Shown here in pieces: positions 39,755 through 49,117 of a stretch of 64,000 bases of DNA. Each line of letters starts with the position of its first letter. Position 1 is the first letter of the stretch. The notes beneath the pieces were generated by a model. That model was not told the DNA's origin. It was given only the letters and a program-made list of their open reading frames with translations, and searched no databases. The position numbers were made by a program, and so were the translations under genes. Origin of the DNA: an uncultured bacterium (lineage in GTDB: Bacteria > Patescibacteriota > Microgenomatia > Levybacterales > UBA12049); contig CAWGXL010000010.1 of NCBI GenBank assembly GCA_963826535.1, forward strand, positions 234,814-298,813. Reading direction: 5' to 3'.

Positions 39755-40324
39755 CTATGCATCTACCAAGGCTACTAAATTATCAGGCCTACCTGTTAGA
39801 CCAAAATTTACAACCGTCATTCTTCCTGGTTCTCCTCTTTGCATAGGTTGATTTGTTGAGCCTGCGGCGTAGTAACTCTGTATCTCTAATTTTGCTAATT
39901 GTTTTTCTCCAGCAACTTCGCGATAGGTAAATCTTCTAACCCAACCGTAACCGCGTCCTTGGGTACGTGAAGCTTCAGTTAGATATCCTGCATCATCATA
40001 TTTAAACTCTGTTTCATACCTAGGCTCACTAATTCTAACTGGCCTGCCTTTCTCATCAAGCAAAACAGTTTGGTGGTAATCATCGTCATTATCAAACATT
40101 TTGACTTTTTTGACATTTGGCTTATCTGTATCCAAAACCATTGTTGGATTCGAAATAATTTCAGGACTCAAAACAATTTGTGGATAACAACCAGTAAAAT
40201 CACCTTCCCTAAAGCTTGGTTGGGGCTCTGATAAATGTTTATGAAATTGTCTTAGCGTACTCTCTTGTTCCGCATAACTCTGTTCTAGAAGATGATAAAA
40301 TAGCTTCTTTCCTAGCTCTGTCAT
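39755..40324 (-). CDS. Hypothetical protein (189 aa)
   Basis: ORF only, no recognisable domain. Confidence 0.35.
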   Translation of the reverse strand: MTELGKKLFYHLLEQSYAEQESTLRQFHKHLSEPQPSFREGDFTGCYPQIVLSPEIISNPTMVLDTDKPNVKKVKMFDNDDDYHQTVLLDEKGRPVRISEPRYETEFKYDDAGYLTEASRTQGRGYGWVRRFTYREVAGEKQLAKLEIQSYYAAGSTNQPMQRGEPGRMTVVNFGLTGRPDNLVALVDA

Positions 40325-40367
40325 AATTTTTACCTGCTCTTCTTAAATATAAAAAAACATTATACCA

Positions 40368-40742
40368 TTATTTCTTTTTTATTTCCTCCCCTTCATTTGT
40401 TATTGAAATGAGATGTCCTTTTTCCTCACTTGGTTTAAGCTTTTTTAAAACTTTGCAGATTTTTTTATCAATCTGGGCATTCGTCAATGTTGTCGAAAGA
40501 GCAATCACACTCGGCTTATTATCTTCAATTAATGGTTTAAAATCTTTTGTATTAAAAACTACAACTATATACTCGTTTTTCCCCGCAAGATGGTAAATAG
40601 CCTTGTCGTTCAATCCGCCCTTTTTCAAATCGTGATTAATGTGTCTTACAGTATGAAGATTATTTAGTTTTGCAAAACTTTCTCTTCGCGGTAAACCTTC
40701 ATCAAGCAGCAGCTTGCGTCTTATATGTCTTTTTGAAATCAT
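40368..40742 (-). CDS. DUF5615 family protein (PIN-like, toxin-like partner of DUF433)
   Basis: ...KLLLDEGLP... matches the DUF5615 N-terminal signature (LLDENLP). Downstream of and overlapping the DUF433 gene. Confidence 0.55.
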   Translation of the reverse strand: MISKRHIRRKLLLDEGLPRRESFAKLNNLHTVRHINHDLKKGGLNDKAIYHLAGKNEYIVVVFNTKDFKPLIEDNKPSVIALSTTLTNAQIDKKICKVLKKLKPSEEKGHLISITNEGEEIKKK

Positions 40743-40950
40743 CAAGTCCGATTTCCATTAATAATGAAATTACCGACTGGATTTTTTTAATGCTAACTTG
40801 TGGATACTCCTCTTTCAAAGACTCAGTTGTATATCCTTGTTTTACAAGTTCCTTTATTCGTTCTATCGGAATTCTTGTCCCCGCAATTACAGGCGTCCCA
40901 CCAAGGATCTCAGGGTCAATAATGATGGTTTTTGATAATTTTGTAATCAT
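40702..40950 (-). CDS. DUF433 family protein (antitoxin-like)
   Basis: IIIDPEILGGTPVIAGTRIPIERIKELVKQGYTTESLKEEYPQVSIKKIQSVISL matches the DUF433 pattern. Confidence 0.65.
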   Translation of the reverse strand: MITKLSKTIIIDPEILGGTPVIAGTRIPIERIKELVKQGYTTESLKEEYPQVSIKKIQSVISLLMEIGLDDFKKTYKTQAAA

Positions 40951-40996
40951 GGCCTGTTAAGTATATAAAATATAATTCCTTTTGACAAGGATCTTA

Positions 40997-43900
40997 TCAG
41001 CCGACAGCATTCTTCGGAGAACTAATTGTATCAACAATTATAATCATTTTATCATTTTTATTATCCAGTTTTCCTTCCAGCACAATCACAGTATCATTCA
41101 ACAGAAGCGTTTTATACCTCTCAAAAGTTTTTGGAAATATAATACACTCAATTTGAAAGCCATTCTCATTGCTTATAGTCAAAAAAGCCATTTCACTGTT
41201 TGTCTTTTTGGTAAATATTCGTTTTGCATTTTCAATAATACCTCCGACCTTAACTCGCGCTCCTTCGCGCTCGTCTTGCAAAAATTCAAGCTCATGGCTT
41301 AGGACAGATTTAATTTTACTCAGTGCATCTCGATGCGGATGTGAAGTTAGATAAAATCCCAAAAATTCTTTTTCAAACACAAGCTTTTCTTCACCGGTAA
41401 AATCATCTACATCAACAGCGGAAAAATCTATAGCTTTCGAGTCTTCTGATTCACCAAATAATGACCCTTGCCCGTCGGACGCCTGTTTTTTCAACTGATT
41501 TGCTTTATTTACAATCTCAGGATAAACTATCAAAAGTGAAGCCCTCTTACCAAAAGAGTCCATTGCACCGGCTTTAATAAGGCTCTCCATTGTTTTCTTA
41601 TTAACTGTAGACAAATTTACTCTTGCGCAAAAATCTGCAAAGTTTATAAAATTCTTAACATTGCGGACCTTTAGTATAGCATCAATCGCTGCGCTCCCAA
41701 CATTTTTAATCGCTGATAACCCGAAACGAATTTTGGTGTTTTCCTCAATTGTAAAATCACTTTCAGATTTATTAATATCAGGAGAAAGAACAGGCACATT
41801 CAGTCTTTTACATTCCCCAATAGCCAACGCAATTTTCTCGTTTTTTACGGGACCCGTAGAACCCCTTGATTCAGCAGTTAATAGTGCAGTCATAAATTCT
41901 ACGGGGAAATTTGCTTTCAAATAAGCTGTTCGGAAAGAAATAGTCGCGTAACATGCAGCATGCGCTTTATTAAATCCATAGCCTGCAAAAGGAGCAATCA
42001 AATCAAAAAATTCCTCCGCTCTTTTTGCACTTAATCCATTTGCAACACAACCCTTAATAAATAATTCCCTTTGCTTTTTCATTTCAGATGGAATTTTCTT
42101 ACCCATAGCTTTACGGAATTTGTCCGCTTCCAACCAACTATATCCCGCAAGGGCGATAGCAGTTAATAAAACATCATCCTGATAAGTAAGCACACCATAA
42201 GAATGCTTCAAAATATCTTTTAATCTTGGATCAGGATAAGTAATAAGTTTTGGATTGTGCTTCCTTCTAACGAACTCAGGAATATTTGCCATAGGACCGG
42301 GCCTGTACAATGCAACCATTGCTTGAAGATCAAAAATCGAGGTCGGTTTAAGTTCCTTAATATTTCTGCGCATTCCTGGGGATTCTAATTGAAAAATTCC
42401 TGTTGTTTCCCCGCTCGATAAAAGATCATAAGTTTTTTTATCATTTAATGGTGCTTTTGTTAAATCAACCACTTTATCTTGATTTTGTTTTATAAATTTC
42501 AGAGTCTCTTCAATTATTGTTAAATTGCGAAGTCCAAGAAAATCCATTTTGAGTAAACCTACCCCATCTTCCCCCACTGTATACATATCGTATTGAGTAA
42601 CTATTTTATCCCCATTCGTTTCTCTCTGAAGCGGTGTGTATTCAGTTAGTGGTTTATCGGCTATGACGACACCGGCTGCATGTACAGATGCATGACGCGC
42701 TACGCCTTCAAGTTTTTTGGCTAAATCCAAAAGTCTTTTTGTTTCAGGTTCGGTGTCATAAGCCCTCTTAAGATCAGGGCTTTGTCCTAGTGCAGTATCA
42801 ATTGTCATTGCATGTCCCTGCCATCCGGGTGGGATCATTTTGGAGATCCTATCCGGTCCTGCATATGGCATCCCAAGAGCTCTTCCTACATCACGCACAG
42901 ACCCCCTCGCTTCCATCGTGCCAAAAGTAATAATTTGCGCTACCTTATCCTCGCCATATTTTTTTATGACGTATGCGATTACTTCATCGCGCCGTGTATC
43001 TGCAAAATCCAAATCAAAATCAGGAGCAGATGGACGCATTGGATTAAGAAAGCGTTCGAATGGAAGTTCAAAATAAAATGGGTCAACATCTGTTATTCCC
43101 AAAGCATATGAAGCAACTGAGCCTGCTGCAGAGCCTCGTCCGGGGCCTACCAAAATATTATGATCTTTCGCCCAATTTACAAAATCTGATACAACCAGAA
43201 AATACATATCATAATTTCTTTTTGAAATAACCGATAGTTCATAGTCAACTCTCTGTTGAATTTCAGGTGTAATTTTGTTGTATCGCTTATTTAAGCCTGC
43301 ATAAACTTCCTGTTTTAAATATTCATCCGCATTTAGATTGTCAGGAACTTCAAAAATCGGCATATGCCATTTACCAAGTATGATTTCTACGTTGCATCGC
43401 TCTGCGATTTTCGTTGTATTCTCAATCGCCTCAGGAATATCTAAAAATGAGCCGTTCATCTCTTCGCCACTTTTAATATAAAAATCAGGTGAGCTTATCA
43501 TGGAGAGCTTTCTTTTCTTTTCTAAAATATTTGTTTGTGTTTGCACGCACAGCAATATTTCCTGCGCCTCAGCATCTTGTTTATTTATATAATGGTTATC
43601 GTTTGTCGCGACAACAGGTATGCCTAGTTTAGATGATAACTTCAAAAGTTTTTGATTAACATTTTCCTGCGGAGGAACATTTATATGTCTCTGCAATTCG
43701 AAATAAAAATGATCCGGCCCAAAAATATCAGCCAATTTAACCGCCCTTTTCTCAGCGGTAGCTTCTTCATTTCGCATAATCGGTTCGCTAACATATCCGT
43801 TCACACACGCGCTAAGGCAAATGAGTCCCTCATGGTACTTAGCCAGCAAGTCAAGGTCTGATCTAGGTTTATAATAATATCCATCCAAATTTGATATGCT

Positions 43901-44218
43901 CACGATCTTCATCAAATTCTTATACCCAATATTATTTTCAGCAAGCAGCACCAAATGATTATAGTCTTTATCAACCCCTGCCTGCTTTTCATACAGCGAC
44001 CTCTTTGCTACATAAATCTCGCATCCGATAATAGGCTTGATACCCATTTCACGGCAGTTTTGAAAGAATTTAATTGCCCCATACATATTCCCATGATCCG
44101 TAATTGCCAAAGCCGTCATTCCCAAATCCTTTACCCGCTGAATCATATTTTTCACTTTAGAGAGCCCGTCAAGAAGAGAATATTCCGAATGATTATGTAG
44201 ATGCACAAAATCCGCCAT
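40997..44218 (-). CDS. dnaE: DNA polymerase III alpha subunit
   Basis: N-terminal PHP domain (MADFVHLHNHSEYSLLDG). 1073 aa. Confidence 0.95.
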   Translation of the reverse strand: MADFVHLHNHSEYSLLDGLSKVKNMIQRVKDLGMTALAITDHGNMYGAIKFFQNCREMGIKPIIGCEIYVAKRSLYEKQAGVDKDYNHLVLLAENNIGYKNLMKIVSISNLDGYYYKPRSDLDLLAKYHEGLICLSACVNGYVSEPIMRNEEATAEKRAVKLADIFGPDHFYFELQRHINVPPQENVNQKLLKLSSKLGIPVVATNDNHYINKQDAEAQEILLCVQTQTNILEKKRKLSMISSPDFYIKSGEEMNGSFLDIPEAIENTTKIAERCNVEIILGKWHMPIFEVPDNLNADEYLKQEVYAGLNKRYNKITPEIQQRVDYELSVISKRNYDMYFLVVSDFVNWAKDHNILVGPGRGSAAGSVASYALGITDVDPFYFELPFERFLNPMRPSAPDFDLDFADTRRDEVIAYVIKKYGEDKVAQIITFGTMEARGSVRDVGRALGMPYAGPDRISKMIPPGWQGHAMTIDTALGQSPDLKRAYDTEPETKRLLDLAKKLEGVARHASVHAAGVVIADKPLTEYTPLQRETNGDKIVTQYDMYTVGEDGVGLLKMDFLGLRNLTIIEETLKFIKQNQDKVVDLTKAPLNDKKTYDLLSSGETTGIFQLESPGMRRNIKELKPTSIFDLQAMVALYRPGPMANIPEFVRRKHNPKLITYPDPRLKDILKHSYGVLTYQDDVLLTAIALAGYSWLEADKFRKAMGKKIPSEMKKQRELFIKGCVANGLSAKRAEEFFDLIAPFAGYGFNKAHAACYATISFRTAYLKANFPVEFMTALLTAESRGSTGPVKNEKIALAIGECKRLNVPVLSPDINKSESDFTIEENTKIRFGLSAIKNVGSAAIDAILKVRNVKNFINFADFCARVNLSTVNKKTMESLIKAGAMDSFGKRASLLIVYPEIVNKANQLKKQASDGQGSLFGESEDSKAIDFSAVDVDDFTGEEKLVFEKEFLGFYLTSHPHRDALSKIKSVLSHELEFLQDEREGARVKVGGIIENAKRIFTKKTNSEMAFLTISNENGFQIECIIFPKTFERYKTLLLNDTVIVLEGKLDNKNDKMIIIVDTISSPKNAVG

Positions 44219-44229
44219 AATTAAGTAAC

Positions 44230-44826
44230 ACTATTATAGTTTCTCAAACCAAACTTGTCGAGGCTTTATTCCAGGGGAGTTCAAACATACTTTTTCACTT
44301 AGCGACCCCGATGTTACATCGGGGGAGTCGAAGTGCATCTATAACGAAGCCTTCGACAGACTCAGGCAAAATTATTTGTTTCAGAAGCGTGAACTGTTAC
44401 TTCAAATGTGTTAAGGGAGGCGTAACCACATCCTCACTCCATTCAAATCTAGTCTGAAGCTTGCTCTTCTGAGCCCTTTCGCAATTCTCCTCGATCGTTT
44501 TGCTTCTTTTTGATATATTGTTTGAAGATTTGGTGAAGAATAAAAATTTTCGGCAAGCCTGTCATAGCTTTCTGCGGATCTTGTATATGCGTGCGACAAT
44601 ATGTGTCCTTTTTGGCTAAGATATAAATCAGCACCACGAAGGTGGCTGGCTGTTACCTTCCGAGACCCCCCATGCGCCTCCTCCCACGCAAGCTTTGCTT
44701 TTGTCTTGCTAGAACTCCTGAAAACTGCTTTAGCAATATTATCGCTAGGCCCGGTTCTGGTTTGTTCTATCCTCTTTTCAATATATCTTATTGCTAATTC
44801 CACCATAAATGAAATATATGTCTAGA
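44230..44826 (-). ncRNA. Candidate structured ncRNA, identity unresolved (RNase P RNA or tmRNA not confirmed); the embedded 131-aa ORF (44411..44806) is probably spurious
   Basis: A 690-bp intergenic gap, extraordinarily long for this genome, with local GC of 50-63% against roughly 35% in flanking DNA. Strong hairpin CGACUCCCCGAUG-UAA-CAUCGGGGUCG. Consensus sigma70 promoter immediately upstream on the minus strand, and no RBS. Confidence 0.4.
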
Positions 44827-44854
44827 ATTATAGCACAGCTTGTTTGCGTGTCAA
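44827..44854 (-). promoter_or_regulatory. Consensus sigma70 promoter (TTGACA, 16-nt spacer, TATAAT) firing leftwards into the GC-rich locus
   Basis: Minus strand reads TTGACACGCAAACAAGCTGTGCTATAAT, with -35 at 44849-44854 and -10 at 44827-44832. Confidence 0.6.
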
Positions 44855-44913
44855 TTTTTTAACTTTTCCGGCTTTAAGAATTGTTACACTTTGTTTACGA
44901 ATTAATCTATTAA

Positions 44914-46341
44914 CTATTTCAAACTACTTTCAATGGTTTTTCGAACAATCGTCGCGTCGACTTTTTTCCCGATCTTTCTCATTGTCTGTCCCACCAAAAA
45001 CATAATAGAAGCTTCTTTTCCTTTCTTATAATCTTCAACAGCCTTTCCGTGCTCCTTTATCACTTGACCTATTATTTTTTGCAACTCATCCTCATCAATC
45101 ACTACTCTAGTTTTAGCTCCGGCTATCTGTTTTACCAAATCACCAGGCTTTACCTTATTGATATTAACCTTTTTATTAATAATCCAATTAGCAATAGCCT
45201 TTGGCTCAACTCTTTCTTTATTATTTCTTACCGCATTTTCAAAATAGTCAGCCATGTTTTTTTCTCTGCACAAAATTTCGGCATCATAAAACGTGAGTCC
45301 ATATTCTGTCTCAAATCTTGCCACTTTTTTATCCGGCAATTCTGGCACCAAAGCAATCAGACTGCTAAGTTGCTCTCCCGTCCATCTAATTGGAGGAATA
45401 TCGGGGTCTGGAAAATATCTGTAATCCTGCGCTTCCTCTTTCAATCGCTGAGAGAAAGTTTTTTGCCTATCCTCATCCCAACCTCGGGTTTCCTGAACCG
45501 GAATTTTTCCTTCCACTAGTATTTTCTCCTGCCTTTTCAATTCATAAGCAATCGCTTTCTCAACAAATTTAAAAGAGTTGATATTTTTAACTTCCACCTT
45601 ATATTTTGGCAATTCGTCATTCTGGAGCGAAGCGATAGAATCTACTGCAGGGGATCCTATCGTGGTCGTTGCCACTCCAGGATGACTGCGAAGCGAAATA
45701 TTCGGTTCAAGACGCATCTCACCTTTTTCCATGTCAGCATTCGACACATCTAAATAGCGTACAATCTGTTGAAGTTTTTGCAAATATTCTTTTACCTCGA
45801 TTGCGCTTTGAAAATCAGGCTCAGTTACGATCTCGACCAATGGCACACCACTCCTATTGAAATCAATAAATGATACCTTGGGAGGAGGATTACTTTCGAG
45901 TATACCAGTGAGTTCTTCGTCTTTAGTATACCAAGCAGAACCTCCATGGTGAGTTAGCTTAGCAGTGTCTTCCTCCATATGAACCCTGCGGATACGTATC
46001 AATTTTTTATCGGACAAAACAATATGTCCTTTCTCAGCGAACGGCTGATCGTACTGACTTATCTGATATCCTTTTGCCAGATCCGGATAAAAATAATTTT
46101 TGCGATCAAACTTTGAAATCAAAGGAATCTTACAATTTAAAGCCATCCCGATCATTACGCACCACTCAATTGCTTTTTTATTAGGCACCGGCAATGCGCC
46201 AGGTAGTCCAAGGCAAACAGGGCACGTGTGTGTGTTAGGTTCTTTTCCAAAATATTCCGTACTGCACCCGCAGAACATCTTTGACTTAGTCTTGAGTTCC
46301 ACATGTACTTCTAGTCCGATTACAGGTGTGTATTTATTCAT
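44914..46341 (-). CDS. gatB: Asp/Glu-tRNA amidotransferase subunit B
   Basis: ...GLEVHVELKTKSKMFCGC... is the GatB N-terminus, with a YqeY-like C-terminal domain. Confidence 0.9.
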   Translation of the reverse strand: MNKYTPVIGLEVHVELKTKSKMFCGCSTEYFGKEPNTHTCPVCLGLPGALPVPNKKAIEWCVMIGMALNCKIPLISKFDRKNYFYPDLAKGYQISQYDQPFAEKGHIVLSDKKLIRIRRVHMEEDTAKLTHHGGSAWYTKDEELTGILESNPPPKVSFIDFNRSGVPLVEIVTEPDFQSAIEVKEYLQKLQQIVRYLDVSNADMEKGEMRLEPNISLRSHPGVATTTIGSPAVDSIASLQNDELPKYKVEVKNINSFKFVEKAIAYELKRQEKILVEGKIPVQETRGWDEDRQKTFSQRLKEEAQDYRYFPDPDIPPIRWTGEQLSSLIALVPELPDKKVARFETEYGLTFYDAEILCREKNMADYFENAVRNNKERVEPKAIANWIINKKVNINKVKPGDLVKQIAGAKTRVVIDEDELQKIIGQVIKEHGKAVEDYKKGKEASIMFLVGQTMRKIGKKVDATIVRKTIESSLK

Positions 46342-46354
46342 AGTTATTTTCTAT

Positions 46355-46457
46355 TTGTCATTCCGAGCGACTGGAAGTAGTCGAGGAATCTCCTACCAAT
46401 GAGCTAATAAGTGGTATGAGATCCCTCCACTTCGCTATCGCTTCGGTCGGGATGACA
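46355..46457. repeat. Family-1 MITE-like element (TTGTCATTCCGAGCGACTGG...GAGATCCCTCCACTTCGCTATCGCTTCGGTCGGGATGACA)
   Basis: Shares both termini and a 40-nt 3' block with the 15422-15562 copy. Sits between gatB and gatA. Confidence 0.8.
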
Positions 46458-46461
46458 ACTT

Positions 46462-47868
46462 TTATATTTTTGGTTTCTTCAAATACAATGGATTTTCCGA
46501 TTCATACTGATAAGCTAAATTAAGTACAGTTTCCTCTCCATACTGCCGCCCAATAATCTGCATACCAATGGGCATTTTTTCCTTTGAAAACCCAACAGGC
46601 ATATTAATGCCTGTTAGACCGGCGATGGACGAAGGCTCAACAAGGACATCCATAATCTCCCCAAACATTGGATTATCTTTCGTCGCCCCAATCTTAAGTG
46701 CCGTAACTGGAGTTGTGGGACTAATAATAGCATCTACTTTCTCATATGCTTTCATAAAATCCTGAATAATCATTGTCCGCACCTTTTGCGCCTTTTTATA
46801 ATATGCATCATAATATCCACTAGAAAGTGCGTATGTTCCAAGCATTATGCGCCGCTTTGCTTCTTCGCCAAAGAAAGAACGGTCTTTACCATATCGGATA
46901 CCGTCATACCGTGCTAAATTTGATGAAACCTCAGACCTTTGCAAAATCGTATAAACATCAATTGCATATTTCGGGTCAAACAACTTAACCTTTTTTATTA
47001 TATGACCATGCTTTTGCAGGACTTTAATTGCGTCTTCAACAGAAGCTACGATTTCAGGATCAACACCCGTGAAATAATCATCTGAAATACCGATTGTCAT
47101 TTTTCTTGATCCCTTTAAATTCCTGGAATAGTTTTTTACTACTTCCTGAGATGTAGTTGCGTCATTTGGATCATTTCCTGCTATTACTTTAAGTATAAGT
47201 GCTGCATCCTCGACAGTCTTAGTAATTGGTCCCGGACTATCCAGAGACGAACCCATGGCTATCACTCCATATCTGCTAACTCTTCCATAAGTTGGTTTAA
47301 ACCCAACAATTCCACACCATGCGCTAGGCTGTCTAATTGAGCCTGCAGTTTCTGATCCAACAGCTGCTACGCACTCATCAGCACACACACTTGCCGCAGC
47401 CCCGCCCGATGAGCCACCTGGTAATTTATTAATATCCCATGGATTTCTGGTTGTTCCATAGTCAGATGATTCAGTTGAAGAACCATGTGCCCAAGCATCC
47501 ATATTTGTTTTACCTAGCAAAACAATTCCTGCATTTACCAATCGCTCTACAACGGTCGCGTTGTAGGGAGGTATAAACTTATCTAGCACATTGCTCGAAG
47601 CTGTTGTACGAATTCCGGTAGTTAAAAAATTGTCCTTAATAGAAAAGGGGATTCCAAGAAGTGGAAAGTCGGCCCCGGTTGCTAATAAATCATCTGCCTT
47701 TTGCGCGTCTTCCAGAGCACGTTCTTCTGTTACAGTCACAAACGCGTGAAGTTTGGGTTCAATTTTATTAATTCTTTTTAAATATTCTTTAGTAAGTTCT
47801 GAAGAAGAAAATTTCTTTTCTTTAAATTTCTTTTTTACGTCTTTTATAGTTAGTGAATGGAGATCCAT
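46462..47868 (-). CDS. gatA: Glu-tRNA(Gln)/Asp-tRNA(Asn) amidotransferase subunit A
   Basis: Amidase-signature family (GGSSGG...). 468 aa. Confidence 0.9.
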   Translation of the reverse strand: MDLHSLTIKDVKKKFKEKKFSSSELTKEYLKRINKIEPKLHAFVTVTEERALEDAQKADDLLATGADFPLLGIPFSIKDNFLTTGIRTTASSNVLDKFIPPYNATVVERLVNAGIVLLGKTNMDAWAHGSSTESSDYGTTRNPWDINKLPGGSSGGAAASVCADECVAAVGSETAGSIRQPSAWCGIVGFKPTYGRVSRYGVIAMGSSLDSPGPITKTVEDAALILKVIAGNDPNDATTSQEVVKNYSRNLKGSRKMTIGISDDYFTGVDPEIVASVEDAIKVLQKHGHIIKKVKLFDPKYAIDVYTILQRSEVSSNLARYDGIRYGKDRSFFGEEAKRRIMLGTYALSSGYYDAYYKKAQKVRTMIIQDFMKAYEKVDAIISPTTPVTALKIGATKDNPMFGEIMDVLVEPSSIAGLTGINMPVGFSKEKMPIGMQIIGRQYGEETVLNLAYQYESENPLYLKKPKI

Positions 47869-48158
47869 TAATCAATATCCTCCTCTAATATTGCCGGCAC
47901 GACAAAAAATCCTTTATAAGTTTTCTTCGCGTTCATCAAAGCACTTTCCTGCGAAAGCGAGGGTATTACTTTATCATCCCGCCAGACATTAACCAGATTA
48001 TTTACCTCATTTGTTTCAGCTATGCTTGCTGTATCAATTTCCTTTAGTCGTTCAACATGTTTAAGAGTTTCTTCCAGTTGTTCTGCAAGTGACTTTTTTT
48101 CTTTCGCTGAAATAGGAAGATTTGCCAATTTAGCCACATGGCTAATATCAATTTTCAT
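47868..48158 (-). CDS. gatC: Amidotransferase subunit C
   Basis: MKIDISHVAKLANLPISAKEKKSLAEQLEETL. 96 aa. Confidence 0.85.
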   Translation of the reverse strand: MKIDISHVAKLANLPISAKEKKSLAEQLEETLKHVERLKEIDTASIAETNEVNNLVNVWRDDKVIPSLSQESALMNAKKTYKGFFVVPAILEEDID

Positions 48159-48263
48159 GAACCTATTATATGCACTAGTCTATTTTTTTACAACTATTGA
48201 AATATTAATCAAAAGCGAATCTTAAGTTTTTCGATTAAGAGTTGTGAATTGTACTAAGCCAGG

Positions 48264-49064
48264 TCAAATTAAAGGTGGATGATTTTCTTGTGTTGCTAGT
48301 ATTTTAGCGTTCTTTATTTGTCTGGCAAGGTGAAAAGTATTTATGTATGAATTATTAGAAGATCTGGTTTCGTGAATCAAATCTCGCATGTCATCCCAAA
48401 AATGACCCCCAACACTTAAGTCAGATGCTCTATCTGGTCGAAGTATTTTCAAATACGCACCTAGGTCTAATGCCATTATTGCAGCTTCTCTTTTCGCAAG
48501 CCATTTAGGAGATTCTATTTCTGCACCTAATCTATTAAATACATCTTGACCAAAATTCCATTCATCGCCACTTATTCCCATTTCATGAGCTCTTTCAGGA
48601 GCAATGATTGAAAGATTAGCTCCCAAAGCAGCCATATTATGATCATAAAGCTTATGTACATCTTGCAAAACCCCGCCTCCAATTTTTCTTGAGGTCCTTA
48701 TAGTCCGTAACGCAACATATACAAGTCTTGGATATGAAAATTCATCAACAGGAATTTCGGGAATCTGACTAAAAGTAGTCTTAGCTGCCGCTGCTAATTC
48801 CAGTGCTCCCACTAAATCTGGAACAGTCGTTACATATTTTTCTTGTGTATCAATTTCTTTATTAATTTCTTGAAAAAAATTAAGATTCAAATCCAAATAT
48901 CTAAGTATTGGATGACCAGGAAGGATTGTTTTCAGATCTGCGCCTAAAAGAATATGGTCTGGTTTTCCTTTTGTTATATCCAACTTCTTTCCTAGGCGAT
49001 CTAAATCACCTGTAGTTAATTCCCTGACTGGATCATAAAGCGGTCCAGCTTTTATTTCATGCAT
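48264..49064 (-). CDS. Hypothetical protein (266 aa), no recognisable domain
   Basis: Long ORF with ordinary composition, between gatCAB and gatD-murT. Confidence 0.45.
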   Translation of the reverse strand: MHEIKAGPLYDPVRELTTGDLDRLGKKLDITKGKPDHILLGADLKTILPGHPILRYLDLNLNFFQEINKEIDTQEKYVTTVPDLVGALELAAAAKTTFSQIPEIPVDEFSYPRLVYVALRTIRTSRKIGGGVLQDVHKLYDHNMAALGANLSIIAPERAHEMGISGDEWNFGQDVFNRLGAEIESPKWLAKREAAIMALDLGAYLKILRPDRASDLSVGGHFWDDMRDLIHETRSSNNSYINTFHLARQIKNAKILATQENHPPLI

Positions 49065-49117
49065 ATAGTAATTATACTACAAATAGTGGAAACATTAGGT
49101 TAAATTTTATAACACCT

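Noticed and set aside
44411-44806. 131-aa ORF (MVELAIRYIEKRIEQ...) inside the GC-rich intergenic locus
   Set aside because: No RBS, extreme Arg/Lys/Ser composition, GC far above the coding average of this genome, and a stable-RNA-type consensus promoter immediately upstream. It was treated as a probable ncRNA artefact rather than a CDS.
44230-44830. Assignment of the GC-rich locus to tmRNA or RNase P RNA
   Set aside because: I could not find the tmRNA 5'-GGGG...UUCGAC / 3'-T-arm-CCA frame with an alanine resume codon and tag. I could not find the RNase P P4 strands (GGAAAGUCCGGGCUCC / ACAGAANCCGGCUUA) in the correct order. Identity is left open.
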